Source: Takakia lepidozioides (Eukaryota; Plantae; Bryophyta). From it: a stretch of 64,000 nucleotides of DNA. Numbering within the stretch: position 1 is the stretch's first letter; the number at the start of each line of letters is the position of its first letter. Below the pieces are notes generated by a model. The model was given only the letters and a program-made list of their open reading frames with translations, was not told where the DNA came from and did not search any database. The stretch lies in assembly GCA_030704615.1 (NCBI GenBank), contig CM060734.1, positions 38,936,001 to 39,000,000 on the forward strand, given 5' to 3'. Both the position numbers and the translations under genes were made by a program. Below are positions 10,690 to 25,466 of this stretch, piece by piece.

Positions 10690-13600
10690 CACCGCGAATG
10701 GTCTTCGTGGTGGTTCACCATAAAATGACTGGGTTGTTTGTGAAACCCCCGCGGACAGTCACAGAAGTATATATAGGGAGTAGTAACCCCAAAAACGGTG
10801 CAAGCTCGTTGGTGACCAAAAACTAGTGAGTAAGTGTGCGAGTCGGAAAGCGACCAAGGTGTGGGGAACTGTTCCGGACTGCCATCAATCAAAGGGATTT
10901 CCACTAGGCCCAAATTGAGCGAGGGTCTTGTGGAGGAGTAAAGGGGGGACCGTTATGTCCCGGTGAGCAGCCGAAGCTCCAAGTTGGCCAAGCGGCCAGT
11001 TTGGGAGTTAGGCGCACGCATCAAAGCGAGTAACTATGACTTGAAGGGGAGCTTACCGAAGTGAGGTGCGCGACAGATGGTGACCAAACCTAGTGGCTCA
11101 TAACACGTGTCATCTGCAATGGTCACCTGCAGACCTGTGGCTAGGGTGAGCTTGAGACCAAGTAGTCAAACCACTGACAATGGAACAACAGACATTGTGC
11201 AACCCGTGTCAACAACACATGGAAACGAGAGGTGCCCTATGTGACATTGAGTCATGAGAGGGTGAACTCTTTCTTTCCTAAGCTTCTTGTTGAATGCATC
11301 AATTTGAATTCATTGGACAACATCACAGAAACAACAGATTCACCTTTGGCAGGGTTTTTGGGATACTGACCGGTTGGCCCCTTCACAAGTGATCTGCTTC
11401 GTTTAAAGGCTGTTTACCCTTCTGTTCACGTTGGATTCGTTTGTGTTCCTCAATCATACCAAGGACAAGATCGGCATAGGTGCAGAATCGGGTCCAATGC
11501 TCCAGTGACCCACAAATGAAACAGGCCACACGTATACCTTTAACCTCATATCGTGTGCCAATCTGAGTCAGGAGGAGGAGGCTTGGCAGGTGCTACCCTT
11601 CAGGATCCTTCTGTCCTGACAGCCTGAAGCTGAGTGTGCAGCTCTTGTTGTAAGGTCTTAACCTCCACCAGTAATGTAGGAGAGGCCTCTGTAGAGCCAC
11701 CCTTAACCATAGCAACCCCATGAGAACAGTCGGAAGTATGTTGATGAGTAGAATGAACAACAGACATACAACTCTTGCCTAGTTTAGCATTCTTTAATCT
11801 CATGCGCTCATCCATTATCTCTACCATATGCCTCTCATTCCGATAAGGATGCTTTTGCAAGTAGACCTGATCGGAGGCAGGTAACCCTGTAATGAAGTAG
11901 GTTTTGAGTATGGCAGTGCGTTCAGAGGGTACCGGAATGGCTTCACTACCGTGGTTTTCAAGTCAGTGTGGTATTTCCAGATACTCTCACCAGGTTGATA
12001 AAGGCGTGCGGGCGTGGTGTAGTTGATGGGCGTGTCTGCACGAAACAACTGAAGCGCCAATTGCTTGGCCTCTCCCCATCGCAACTCACCCTGATCCCTG
12101 ATACTAGCCTCAAAGAGGTCACGAGCCTCACCTTTGAGACAAAAATGAAAGGAATCAGTAATCATAGAAGCTGACAGCTCATTGAACTTGACACTCATCT
12201 AAAAAAAATCGAGGAAGTTGTCAAAGTCTTGGCCTATCTCATAGTTAGGATAAGGGCCGTTTGTGAGCACGATGCACCTCCTTGGGCTTGGTAACTGAGG
12301 TCGAACCTACTTGCTTATCCAAAAAGAGCTGCATAAGAGCAGAACAACTAGACAACGTAGCCATAACATCACAAATGCCCTGAATATTGAGGTTAGACAC
12401 ATTACCAGAGGTTGGAGGGACCCCTTGGGTCGGACTGGCATTACCATCTGGCAGTGGCTCCTCAAGAGACAAGGTTTCGGACATTGGATCAGGAAGAGTG
12501 TCACCATCAATTTTCACATCATCAGTGAGATCCACATCATCCAACTCATCTAATACATTCCATGGCTCCCTGCCAGACTGAGTAGTGACAGGCATTGTAG
12601 TCTGTTTGTCAAAAACAAAGTTGTTACCTTCTGCTTGAGGATTGTGCAGGGCGCAATTTGGACTCCCAGTCCTTAATGCAATAGCCACTTATGAATCTGT
12701 GTTTGTGAAGCATGTAAACACCTTCATCAAAAAGTGCCATAGTTCCTCGTCTACTTTGAGCCAGAAAGCTGACACTCGAACAATGGAGCGGATAAGCTTC
12801 TCCTTGGCAAGTAGTGTATGCACCGGGTAATCAGTGACAAGAAATCCAGGTAATTAAGTAATAACCCAATCGTTCCTGCCTAAACACAATAGCAGGGAAA
12901 ATCAAGATATCATGCACAGTATGAGGGATGCGAGAGACGGGAATGCCTGCAAGATGGTCATCCAAGTTATGTCCACATTGTAGTCAGGTTTCCAGGTGGG
13001 CCTCAGATTGGCCAAGACAAGAGAACTACCACCTTTCACCAGCTCCCACAGACGATGCTGACTGGGCAAATTGGGCGGAAGGAAGTTCTCGCACTCTCCA
13101 GAAACCTCCCCAGCTACTGTGAACTGCGGAACACCAACTTCAGCCCACGAGAGCCGCCAACCCTTCAATAGCTTGTCTTTGGCCTCAGTTAATGGAAGCT
13201 TGCGTGCTATCTCCGCAGCAAAAGACTCTGCAGGGCTTTGGCCGCTCTGGCCCCTTCAAACGCCTGGATGCACTTTCGCCTTTGCTCCGCTTCTTCTTCC
13301 GGAGCATGGGTGGGTTTAAGACCCTCCAACGTAGCGGTCAACTCAAACTGAGCCACCCAGTGATCAGAAGGCGTGTCTAGGACCAATTCAGGGCGTTCAA
13401 CCGGAGCACCAAGAAGCGGATAATCGACTTCAACCACCAGGATAGGATCCACCAAAGCACGCACGATGCTGGCAAAAATAGACTCAAAATGACCAGCGGG
13501 AGTTTCTTTGTACGCGTTAAGCTCAGCTTCAGTCTAAGGATTAGAAGACGAGGCCATCGCTGCAGGTCACAGAAACGCGAGCAGATACTACGAAAGCAAG

Positions 13601-14114
13601 GAGCGAGCAATAACACGAGCGAAAACTGAAACAGTAGAGCGCCGCCATGGCAACAGTGTCAGTGTACATCTACATGTCGTACAAGGAAGGAATGTGCAGC
13701 TAATGATTAACGAAATCCTGCAACCCCTTCTCCACCAAGATTCTCGTCCACCCCGTTATTCCTCTTCCTCTACGGGTATTGAGCTGTCACGGGTATGTAA
13801 GCTCGGTAAAGCAGGCTAGCGAGATAGGCAGGATCCAACGGAGAGGAGTCAGAATCATTCACACGGATTAGCAGTACATCCTCACTCACACCTTCTTTAT
13901 TCAAACCTTGCATACATGTACACTAGGGTTAACACACCAAACGTATACAGGCGCCTTAAGCGTCGTGCTGATCCCTTTTATAAACGAAGGCCCACAATCT
14001 TATCCAACAGAGTGGCAAGTCCTGATTGGTTGTTTGGATTCCAGCCGGGTGCTTGTCCAAATAGGACGCCACCTCATTCTAACTTAGAGATAAGGTAGCT
14101 GTTAATATAAGACA
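10690..14114 (-). mobile_element. Degenerate LTR retrotransposon (Ty3/gypsy-like) remnant: extra 5' ORF, gag, zinc knuckle, aspartic protease; truncated at the P-like element
   Basis: Gag-like FHFCLKGEARDLF...WGEAKQL...QPGESI (11821-12198), CFICGSLEHWTRFC CCHC knuckle (about 11480-11530) and FPCVVDTGCTMSVVP protease (about 11180-11225). Confidence 0.7.
13785..14114 (-). repeat. Candidate 5' LTR of the upstream retroelement
   Basis: Bounded by TGTC...GACA, with a minus-strand TATAAAA (about 13976-13984) and AATAAA (about 13896-13901). No second LTR or canonical TGG PBS seen. Confidence 0.4.
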
Positions 14115-15859
14115 ACACTTAGTTAAAAATAGACTGTTTCCAGCTGGTTTCATCCAAGCCCTTTTCTAACGGTCATTCATCCAACATCTATCCATCCAAC
14201 TGTCAAAAAAGGTAGGCTGAGGGAATCTAGTCATTACAACGCCTCCCCAAGGAAGCGTAAACCCAGCCACCGTGCATACATACGGTATTAATTTTGGATG
14301 ACAATTTGGATGACGATTTGGAGAACATGGATGAAAAATACTAAAAAGCTAGGTTATGTATGATATTTCACCATGACTCGCTTTGGCTACGGGCTGTAGT
14401 ATGGCATGTACCGACTGGCCGCTCCTGCGGCCTTGTGAAACCCTGTTGAATTAGAGTTTATATTTGGTGTCGTTTGTTTTTCATTGAAGGTGAACCACAA
14501 AACATAGTTCAATATTAAAATGATTCTTTAAGTATTTAATATGTTCTGGTTTGCAAGTGATTTGGAGTGTATTCAATGATTTTCTTATTATGACTTGACC
14601 CTAAACGCCCACCGAGCCCATTTTGGGCTTTTCCATCTAGAAATTTTTGAACAACTTTTTAGTTTCTCTATGGAATTGTGTGAAAGAAAAAATATAGTGG
14701 TCATGGGCACTTGGCACACCAGGATTCATTGCCTCATTGCCTTTGATCTACCAAGTTGCAAAGCACGCAAGCAAGGGGGTCATGTTTTGATGAAGGTAAT
14801 TCTCTTTGTTTCACGTTAAGATTTCTTCACCCGTGTGTGTCAATGGGTCATTGCAAAGGGATTTGCCCAGGTTTGACCAAGTGGCAACACCACTTGCATT
14901 GGCTAAATTGGATTGTTTTTTGCTTGTTGGATGAGGAATCCCAAGGGGATGATCTCGCCTCAATCACAGTTGATCCCATCACTCAAATCTTTAAAAAAAT
15001 ACAAAAAAATGATATGTTTCTCCAATGGGCCCCAATAATGCCCCCACATTCAACGGTGTTGTTTTCTGGATCTGGGACTGATTGCCCTGGAAATTGGAAG
15101 GAAATTGGCAGGTGGGTGCAGGAGGAAGGTATGCACATAATGTGCGGTCAAGTTCCTTAGAAAGTAAATTTGCTGAAATTTACACCATTTTTTCACTACA
15201 GGGGTCCTATTTTCTGAAAAAGTCAGACTATGGCACTTGAATTCAATGACTTAAAGGGCTTCATCCCCTTTCTTTTCTTTTTTTAAGAAAATGCTTAGAA
15301 ATGTATATAGATAGGCTAGGTAGTTTATAGAATTGGTGCAATTGTCCCCTGTAAACGCAGTAGCCTCTCTATATCCGTTTATGGTTTTTTTTTTGAGAAC
15401 ATATAACTCCTAGGACCAAGGTTTATCTGGGCGGTCTTTCCATTTGCAGTATAGAGTGGTAGTGCATAAGGCTTCATATTGGTCACCGACGCCACACATA
15501 CATGGCCAGCCTTTCTACATGTCCACCCTCCTTTAGCTTATTTTAATTTTCGAACTACTTGGCACATATATATATATATGAGTTACTTGCTTATTATAAG
15601 CAAGATTATTTTTTCCTAGCGCCTTTTAATTTGATCAACAGGGCCGTGCCCCTTATATTACAATGGGTTACACGATGACATGCATAACTCCACTCGGGGT
15701 TACACAGAATGGAGTGTAACTCCAGTTGGTGTAATCCAGTGTTGTGCGGGTTCTGCCTTTTTAAGGAACACAGTGGTGCAACTGCAGGTAAAGCCCTCGC
15801 CCAAGGACTTTCCTGGATTTTCGACCCCTGCCCTCTGGCAGATGCGGGTTTTTTTTCGG

Positions 15860-15978
15860 AGCCAAGTTCGGGTCCTGATCCGGGTTTGGGTCCGGGTTTG
15901 TCAACACGGATTTGGGTTAGGGTCCGGGTAGTTGTTGGGAAATATTAGCGGTTTCACGGGTTCGGATCCGGGTCCTAA
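15860..15978. repeat. Cluster of (T)CCGGGT/CGGGTT hexamer repeats, typical of hAT-type subterminal sequence
   Basis: About 8 copies of CGGGT(C/T) in about 120 bp, followed by AT-rich DNA. No partner end identified. Confidence 0.35.
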
Positions 15979-17552
15979 TTTATTGATTAAATAAATTATA
16001 AAAATAAGATTAATTAGGGATAAAATTATTTTTGGCTGGAAAAAACTTTAAATCCTAAATTTAATGAATTTTATTTTAAGAGACATTCCTTCAAAATATA
16101 CCATGAATGTGAATATGTATACCACGAATAAAATTAAAATAGAAGTTTGAGTTCCAGTTTCTATTTTTCAATATCAATTCTTCAAACATGTTAAGAATAG
16201 TAATATGCAAGGGTAGATCACTATAGCATGGATGTGTGGGATCTGGCCTAATTAACCGCTTTTGAGGTGGTATGTGGGCATTACCACTGGGCTAGAACGT
16301 GGTGGGGCTGGCTGCTGCAGTGGCCTATTGCTGCTCGTCCCCTCCACACATATGACAAAACCTACCAGTTCTAAGGTGGACCCCGCATGCCCCATCTAAT
16401 AAAATAGGTGCACACCTTTGCGTGGGGCCGCTGCTGCCATCCTAGTTCCTCTTTTGATACCACGTCTGCTGGACTTCCCGGATACGCACAAGGTTGCACA
16501 GCAATCATGGCTTCAAAAATGGATGAAAATATGACCATAAAAAGGGATGGAATTTTTATAAGATAACATAAATTTTACACATTTTAAAGTTAATTATGAA
16601 TGGAAATTTTGGGACTCGCGAATGGAAGTTAAGCTGTCTACTGTCAGTTCTCTTCTCGACCCACCACTGAGGTCCTGCTTGATTCCCCAGTTTTCTCTCG
16701 GGGCTTTTGTCTCTTGTCTCTTAGCTACTGTTCCTTTTGGTGTCTCCCTCGTCACGGTTCTCCATGTGTCTAGGCCTCATGACAGCCTTCAAACTTGTAA
16801 GGGTTTTAATTTCTTTCCTTCAATAATCTTCAACAAAGCTCTCAAGGGAAAAAAAAGGAGGAAAAAAAATAAGTGAGCTTATTATCTACCGAACATCCAC
16901 AACTCGCACTAAGATTGAAAGGCAAGGTTCCACATCTGGCAAGGTTGCACATCTGAGTCTTACTACCGATACCCCAATGAACAGAGACAAAAGGCAGTGC
17001 TAGTTTTGGTACCACTGAGGATCAATTCTTAGGACACTGGCTACATATGATGCTTGCATATATTAGATGGCTTGGGGCTCCTCACCATCCTTCTATACAA
17101 GTATAATCAACATATTTGTTCTCAGAATCATTTTACAAACTTCTCTTTAGTTAAGTAGAAATGCACTTCATCTTCAGCTCAGGAGGGTAACATAAGGGCA
17201 ACAGATAGTGAAAGACAAAAGAAATATCACATCCATCCTAACCAGCACTAGAACATATAACTGCCTGATCTGAACTCAACAACGCATAATTAGCACAAAG
17301 GAACATTCATCGTCCAATAACAATGAACATTGCTCACAGAAACCCAAAATACTCCTGAAGAACTCACACCGTCAATTCTTGAACATCCAAGAAATCCTCA
17401 GAACTGAGCAGACAACTGCAAACAGACATTCTACTAGTCTATCCCTAACTTTTCACTTCCACAATAACCCAACTCCACTTTGCCAGTCCTATGTTTTGAA
17501 ACAACCCACACAAGATTCAGCTGTTTCCCTAGCAAGACTCCTGGCCTGTAAA

Positions 17553-20500
17553 TTAGTAGTAGCTACCATAGGAGGCCCCGTGTGACTGCACAGCAAGTGA
17601 CTGTGGCTGTAGAGTTGGTGTGGAGGGAAATGGGGGCCCATATGCTCCCTCCTGCCCATACCCAACTATAGGCTGTGGAAATGCTTGCACCATATCCTGC
17701 CAGTACATAGAAAATACCTATTAGAAGTAATGCATTGGCACATATCCAACTCTAACAGAAGTATGTAACCATACCAAACCCCCATTTGCCATTCCGTCAT
17801 TCAAACAAGTCGACAATAATGTGAGAAATATGACTTGTGAAATATGATGTCATACGGATAATAACACTGGGGCCACAGAACAGTCTCCCTAGCAAACAGT
17901 ACAGGTTTAAGAGGAGTATGCTATACTGTTAACAAGCCCACCTTCAAATACAACTTCAATTTGCTTTGCTTTATGAGGGAAGGCTAGATGACCTGGTTCA
18001 ATGACAGATCTGTTAACAAAGTGAAGCAAAGGTGGGAGGCAGACAAATTTGCAGTTGCCTGACTTTTTAAAAGTCGGTCTCACCCTTACTTGACAATGAA
18101 AATGTACACTTATCCCATTCAGACACCCAGGCCAGAAAATAGCCATTCTTGAACCAATGAAAGCTCATACCGTGGGGGTTTCATGCATGCAAGCATGCCA
18201 TGACCATCCTCACCATCCACCAGAGTTCCATCCGTTCACCTCCTGCTGCCAGTACATCAATCATTCCAGCCAGCCAGCCATCACATACACAAGGCATTTC
18301 ACACATTCAAGCACATCCCCCCATATACTGTACAGACCAGAGCTTCTCCAGGTATTCTGAGGGAGCTCACAGACCTGACAACCAGCACAACAAGAGAGAA
18401 CCAAGGATACCTGAGGAGGATAGCCCCCGTAGCCACCATAACCAGGCTGTTGCTGAGGAGGCGGTGGCTGCTGTGGAGGTGGGCCATATGCTGCATATCC
18501 CCCATATCCCCCATAGCCTCCCTGCAAGAACACCAGCCACTCGTCATATAAATGTAACACGAACCTTCCATAACTGTCACATAAAAGTTTACATTTCTGG
18601 ATTCAAACCTACTACTCAAACGGCAAACAGAAGGAAATACTTCATATCTATCCCCAGCTGTGTCTTTTCAGCTCTTTCGAAGTATTGAGAGTTGTCCTCG
18701 CACCTGCTGCTGACTACCATATCCGGAGTTCCATTGTTGAGGCTGTGCCTGAGGAGCCGACTGCTGTGGAGGGGGTTGCTGCCATGCCTGTGACTGTTGC
18801 TGGGTAAAGCCCGCTTGCGGGCCATATGCAGCACCACCCCACTGTGCCTGACCATTACCAAAGCCTGACAGTCCAGCTGAGGCAGGAGCAGTAGATGCCA
18901 CATATGGCTTGTGCACTTTGGCACGGTCGGTAACTGTGTTCTCTGGGGAAGGTCGCTTCTTAGACTCCAAAGTGGTCTTCCGTGGTGGAAACAGCTGCCA
19001 GTGTCGCACCTCTGCATTCTTGATTGCATGAACGTCTCCAAACAAATCCACAAACTGTCCCATGACACATTCACTTGTAAATAAGCCCCGAGTTTCCACA
19101 TGCATCACATGATTTGTGCACAAATCTGGCCATTCCTAGTCTTTGGGCAGCTGTTATCTACTACGTTTCTTCTGACTTTGGACTTGAGTTTTGGGTAGCT
19201 TCAGTACCACTTGTTCATTGACGTGTGAGAAGAAGCTCAGAGTAGATTTCTGCCAGGCTTCAGTTCATTCATGTTGAAAAGTACTTCTGCCTCAGAGGGG
19301 AAAAGATAGAGGGGTAAAGCATGCAATGATTGGAAGTACTGTTGTACTACAACAAAATGATAGATGCTTGGACAGAAGTTTTTTAGATACTTTTAGATAC
19401 CTCAAGGAACACACTGGAGATTTCATCCCGGTCTGCTGTTGCTAAGCCTGGAGAACCATCAGGCCTGGTAGCAGCTGTGGCTTGCTCCACCAGTTCATCT
19501 ACACGTTGTATCTGTTTCTTTATTGGTGTCTGTAGAGTCTCGTAGTGAATTGCCGCCTGCACCCATTCCACCCCACACCCTTTCTTCATTCCAAGCTCTT
19601 ACCTGAACTTGCATTGTTCACAAGACATACATACACACCTAACAAACAGGTATCCAGACTGATTCAAGATAACTTGTTCACAAGAAGAACACATATCTGA
19701 CCTTCAAGGGACAACCAACATGCCGCCTCTTGCTTTGGCAGCCATAATAAAGGTTTGATATGGCAACAAAGACACACGAGGTCTCTATTCAGGACAAACG
19801 TAAATTGGCCTGAAGAACACCACCAACTCATACATGAATTTCTATCATTGATGAAGGGTACATGTGGCCAGAACTCCCATATAACCAGGCTTGTCCCCCA
19901 GGAGAGTGGGGGCCAGTTGGATTTCTGCCTGGACATCCCCTGGCTGAAATTGGTGAAGTTCAGCCCGCTTTTGGTCTAGAGGCCTTAGGCATTGTCCTTG
20001 TATTAGTCCCAATAACAATCACCAATGGATGTCATATTACTGATCTGGCTATGAATATAAAGAGCCAATAGAGATCATTGTGGCAACAGCACATCCACTT
20101 TCCAACAGGAGTAAGTCTTCTGTAAAGAAGCCCATACTCATCCTCATGGTATGGACCGCTTATATACAGCCCCTGAAACACTAGGGACCATACCTCCCAA
20201 AGAACCTTGGATGTTGGAAGATGCTCGACAGCTGCAGCATACACCTCTCGCACTTTGTCAGAACTGCCGAATGCCTGCATGCCACACTTGTCATCTTAGA
20301 GAAAACTACAATTACTCAAATACACGTGTGCATTTAAGATCCATTGAACATAGAAGGAAAATGCAACCTGTGCTCAAGTTTGATTGGCCTTCGTTTGTTC
20401 ATTATGTGCTGTGAATACACCACTTTTGAGGGAAGGACAACAACATTTCAAATAAACCCACGAGTTGTAAATAGGATTTTGCATACGCACCCGATCAAGG

Positions 20501-23500
20501 AAGCGAGCATACTGAATGAAAAGAATTGGAAGCGTCCTCGATTCTTTTTTGGCCTTCTCCAACTTAATAGCTTCATCATAGATGGAGCAGGCTGATTCCA
20601 AATTACCCTGCATCAATCCAGTCCCACTGTCAAATCTTGTGGGCATTTTGTCCTTCCTTTGACTCTAGAACACTCCAGCAGCAACCATTAAGGTGAGCTG
20701 TCTTGCAATTTCCTGAGTTTGGTGACATGACGTAAAAAAGACTTTCTTCAACGGGCAATCAAATTACAACTTTCACAAGAGTAGGCTATCTCTTTAACAT
20801 CAATCTTGCCCCATAGGGAGCCAGGCAAACAACCTGGCGCTGCTCAAAATTCGCATGCTTTATAATGGCCTCCACAAGACCGGGGGCCAACTCTGAGCTC
20901 AAAAGCTCATACTCAGACCGTGCATCTTTATTGTCACCATGCAGCTCCTTAAACCTGGCTGCAAACAGATGTATTTCTGGACGCCTCTGCGCCCACAACC
21001 ACCAAACACAAAGTATTAAGCCACACCTCAACTCATCAGGGGCGACATACTACCATGATATAAACAGTTTCAAAACAGGAGCCAACAAAAAAACCTTGTC
21101 CAAATGTTGCTCCATTAGCCCTAAGCAAGACAAAAGCTCATGCCAATGCAGATCGGTGTCTTATTATGCCTTCCCCTTGGCGTGTGTCAATAGCATAATT
21201 ACAAAGAAGCAGGTTATACTTTCCAGAAAAAAGCTGTCATAAACTATTTTGTAAGAATGTACCATTTCTTAAGAGTGGTTCAACTAGAGAGTACGAATCA
21301 TTCGCAAAATATTAAAGCCCACAACAGGTGAATGAGGGACACCATCTACAAATCTTAGATCGATTCAAACTTGTCTTTTGAGATGCAAAGGAAAAAACCA
21401 AACCTTGACAAAAATTGATGTTGCACGAGTGAGAGCGTCATTTGCACTCTCCAAAGAGTCTTCTTTGTCCATGCGTTGCACATACCGAATCCAATACTCC
21501 GGGTAGTTGGCACATGCAATCAGGCACCTTTCGTACAACTTCACAGTCTGCACAGTCCCACCTCAGCTTATCCGTCAGGACATGCAAACCGACAAGATTG
21601 GCATGCTTACCTTACTTGTAACACCATACATGGCCCCAAAAACACTTATGGAATGATAAGGCCAGAAGACCACCAACACACAAGACATCATATTTCAGGA
21701 AATAGGATACCTTCTCAATGCCGCCTTCTTTCTCAATGAAATCCAAATACCGATGCCAATTTCCAAGCTGCACATCATCCAATGGCTTGACGTGAAAATA
21801 GGGCCTGCGAATAGCTGTCTCAAAATCTCGAATTTTCGAGTCCCACTCCTTGGCTTTTTTGTAAAAGGCCTCACGCACTCCCAAGAACTGTTCCAACTCT
21901 TCGGCCTCTGTTAAACTTCCAGCCTTCTCAGGCTTGACTGCTTCTTCTGTGTCACCAGCCAAAGGAACCTCCTCTTCTGCCACTGGGGTCTCCTCAGGAC
22001 TCCTCAATTCCACCAAAGGACGACTGCCTGCTATCTGCTTAAAACTGTCACCGTCCCACCACCAGCATTTGGAAAAAATGAGAAACAAGATGCACAAAAA
22101 AACTCTCTAGAGCATGCATTGTGCTGTGGACTGACATTGAGAACTTCGCTACCACAGTTCAGTTACTCAAGTTTGAAAGGTTTGTCTCACTCCCTCTTTC
22201 TACTATTGAGGCTTCTGATACCGTCTATGAGATTGAATGGTTTCAAGCCCTAGCATTCAGTCCTAGCTGTTCTAGCAGCAGCAAACATGAACATGGTAGA
22301 CCAAGAGACCTGTGGTAGTAGCGATCAAGCTGGAGAAGAGGGATCTGCAGAATACGCGTGTAGATCTGTGCAAGCCTGCTCCACTCCTGCTGAGAGTATT
22401 CAAAGTCGATGTACTTGTCCCAAAGGAGGTGTGACAGATAATCAGTCCCCACAAATGACACGCCCCGCTCAAATAACCTGCCACATGATGTAGTGCCACA
22501 CCCTTATCATATACAGATTAGCTCAACCCCACCCCTTACAAAGGTATGACTTGCAGATTAGATTAGACCCAATCACAGCAGGAAAAACTGAGAGTTAGAT
22601 ATGTAGGAACAACTTTCAGTGGAACTTGCTTTCAGACTTCCAAATAGAAGCACAAATGCTCTGCATTTACCTTCCCGCCAAACCATACTACGTCCGCAAC
22701 ATGCAGCGGCGCTCAGAGGCCTCTCTCTGCCCTCAAATTGGACCCGTGATCTTCCACAGCAGCATTGGTACGCAAAATTCAGTTGTACACGCACGCATGG
22801 TGTCCTCAACCAGTGTCAAGAATCAAGGACAGTGGCATCTTAAAAGCACGAAAAACACATCTATTTGCCTTTATCTTGTGGTTGATGTAACATGAATGAG
22901 AGCATAGCACAAACTTGACTGTATCATCGACCACAAACTAGGAACAATGTGTGTTTTTTTTCACAAAAGCGTACGGTTTCAGTTAGGAGATGTCATCCTA
23001 TGGGTTGGAATTGAGGGCTCCGCCAACATGAGGCCATCTCTGCAAAGAGATGGCACTAGAAGTGCAGGATGAAAAGCTGCAGCAAGACCAGACACGGGTC
23101 AGAAGACACACCACATCGATCAATTAAGCTTCAATGAACGTGATACACATGACATCCAAAACAAGGATGTCACATGGATTGATGACTGCGATAAATCAAA
23201 GAACCCGACGACAATCAGCAAGAATGATATGAACATACCCGCGTGTTCCCTCAGGATCCTCGACTTTCTCCATGGCATATGAGCAGTAGTGCATCCAGAT
23301 GTCCACAGAGTAGGTTACAGCTTTCACAGCCCGCTCATAAACCTCCACTATCTTGGCTGGGGTGCCGAGTCGTGCAGCATGATCTGCATACTTTTTCCAG
23401 TAACCATAGCACAGTGGAAACTCCGCCAAAAATGCATCATAAACTTTTTGAATCTTCACCAAATTATCCTGCATCAGAAACACACGAATTAATCTCAACC

Positions 23501-25072
23501 TTTTCCAACCGATACTCTTAAGCTCCAATACATGGCTTCATAGCATTTCATTTTAAGGCACTACTATCAGAAGTAAAACACTACAATCAGTGAAGGGCGC
23601 TCAGAAAACCCTCCATATAAAACATACAGCAACCCCAAGAGAAATGAACTGAACCTGGCAACAAAAAAGCACTCTCTGTGCATTCAAGCTTCACTAGAAA
23701 AAGTTCAACAAGTTCGGCCAGTTGTGAAAGTCAACTTTGCTCTAGAATTAGTCATAAAAACATCAAAACAGTGAAGTAACAGTTTTTGAATAAAAAATCT
23801 CACTCCTCGGAGTTACTTCGAAACAGATATGTGAAAACTGACACTTCCTACCACCATCACAAGACCAATGCAGTGGGAAAAAAAGACTCACCAGCTTTTC
23901 AGTCTCTTGAATGAGCATAGTCCAAGCATTGAAATCCGCAGCATTCGCCTTCAGCACACTCCACAGTCGTTCCTCCTCAGTATTGGGAGCTGCACCATGG
24001 GACCACCAGATATGCAGGTCATTCAATTTGATAGCCACCATTCTTTCCAGAACATCTCTTACCACACCTATACCGTTTGTGAACATTACCTTCCCACTGC
24101 TTGTTCAATGAACATATGCCTATATTTACTTCCTCCTTAATCCAACAGACAATCAGAAGCACAATTTCTCCAACATGCTTCACAGCAACAATCCACTGGT
24201 ATTAAAATAAATAGTGGGAGCAACTTAAATGAGCTCAACACCAACTTGCTTCTATGATTTTGTAGAAGTACTAGACTTTTCATATGCCTGCCCATGAACA
24301 ACTTGTGGCCGATCAATAGAAAAGACGTTGACTCTCTCTTGGAGAATATCGCGGACCCCTCCAAGACTGGAGGACGACTTCCCAATGTTTTCACGTCATT
24401 CTCTCATCTTCCCCATATTCAGTCCTTAAAACAGAGATTGGGGTCTTAGCCCAACAATCACAGTCTCGAGTGCATATCTCCCACTGTGTGACGTGATCAT
24501 ACTACAAATACGTGAGAGGAAAAAGTTAAACTGTTATTTTGGCCCATTCAGATCATATCATCGCTACCTACTACAAACATGCCTCGATCAACCATTCAAC
24601 GAAGGGATCTTCACAAAAGACGGTCGCTAGTCTATAGAGTAACTCTGTCATAAAGCATCTCTCTCTCTCTCTCTTTCTCGTGTGACAGATGCTAGGAAAG
24701 GTAAAAGCGACCACTGTTAACAAATATCAATCACGGTAACATTCTTAGCCATCCCTATCTCCTGGCGATTTCAAACCTTTAGCACCTCACCCAAGACTCC
24801 TACCATTGTTCTTATCTTTCAACCCCGAAGCAGTTACCCACCTGTGACCTTCCCAACCTCGCAGCCACACCCCCTATTAAGAGAAAAGGTATAGATGCAT
24901 ATTTACCAGGAAGTTCCTCAGAGGGCCGCTGCTCCTCTTCGCTTCCGTTTGCAATCACGTCCTCCTCAACAGAAGTAAGCTTGCTGCCATCGTTAGTCAA
25001 GTCCGCCTCTTTCATGGCCTCATCCTCGGCTGTCTGTTCAACTGGAAGTACAGCAAACTCCTGGTCTCCCAT
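17553..25072 (-). CDS. PRP39: Pre-mRNA processing factor 39 (U1 snRNP HAT-repeat protein), 13 coding exons
   Basis: Approximate exons: 24907-25072, 23892-23989, 23239-23468, 22310-22477, 21711-22044, 21404-21547, 20834-20986, 20491-20607, 20194-20274, 19401-19556, 18704-19054, 18411-18521, 17553-17696, all GT-AG and in frame. Diagnostic peptides: [62 protein letters not shown]-rich C-terminus. Confidence 0.93.
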
Positions 25073-25348
25073 GTTTCTCTCCCTCCTTGCTTCAAGACTC
25101 CGAAAGGCTCAAAAAGATGTGATTCAAGTACAGCCCACGATACGCAAAAGAAAGGCTGCAGACCCTCCAGAAAGATCCAGAACACGACCGCACAACGAGA
25201 AGCGGCCAAGGGATTCAAAGGAAGCTTGAAAGTCACGTGAAAAGATGCAGATACAGCACTAAGGTACCTGGGGACGGCAAGTGGAAGAACGGCTGGGCTG
25301 CTAGCATGACAAGAAGATGAGGAAAAAGATGGCAGGCGCCCGCTGCTT

Positions 25349-25466
25349 TAGGGTTTGATGAGCTCACCGCGAACCCCCTTTTTAGTTGTTTCACCGACAT
25401 ATTTCCGTTGCTTGGTATATTCTCCTGCCGCCTAGTATATTCCGTCCGAAAAAGTGAAGTTGGGCC
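25349..25466 (-). promoter_or_regulatory. Telo-box (AAACCCTA) plus site II (TGGGCC) promoter module of PRP39
   Basis: TAGGGTTT at 25349-25356 and TGGGCC at 25461-25466, 280-390 bp upstream of the ATG. This pairing is typical of plant RNA-processing and translation genes. Confidence 0.45.

Noticed and set aside
14140-15200. MITE or transposon remnants with GGATGA/TCATCC motifs
   Set aside because: Boundaries, TIRs and TSD could not be defined.
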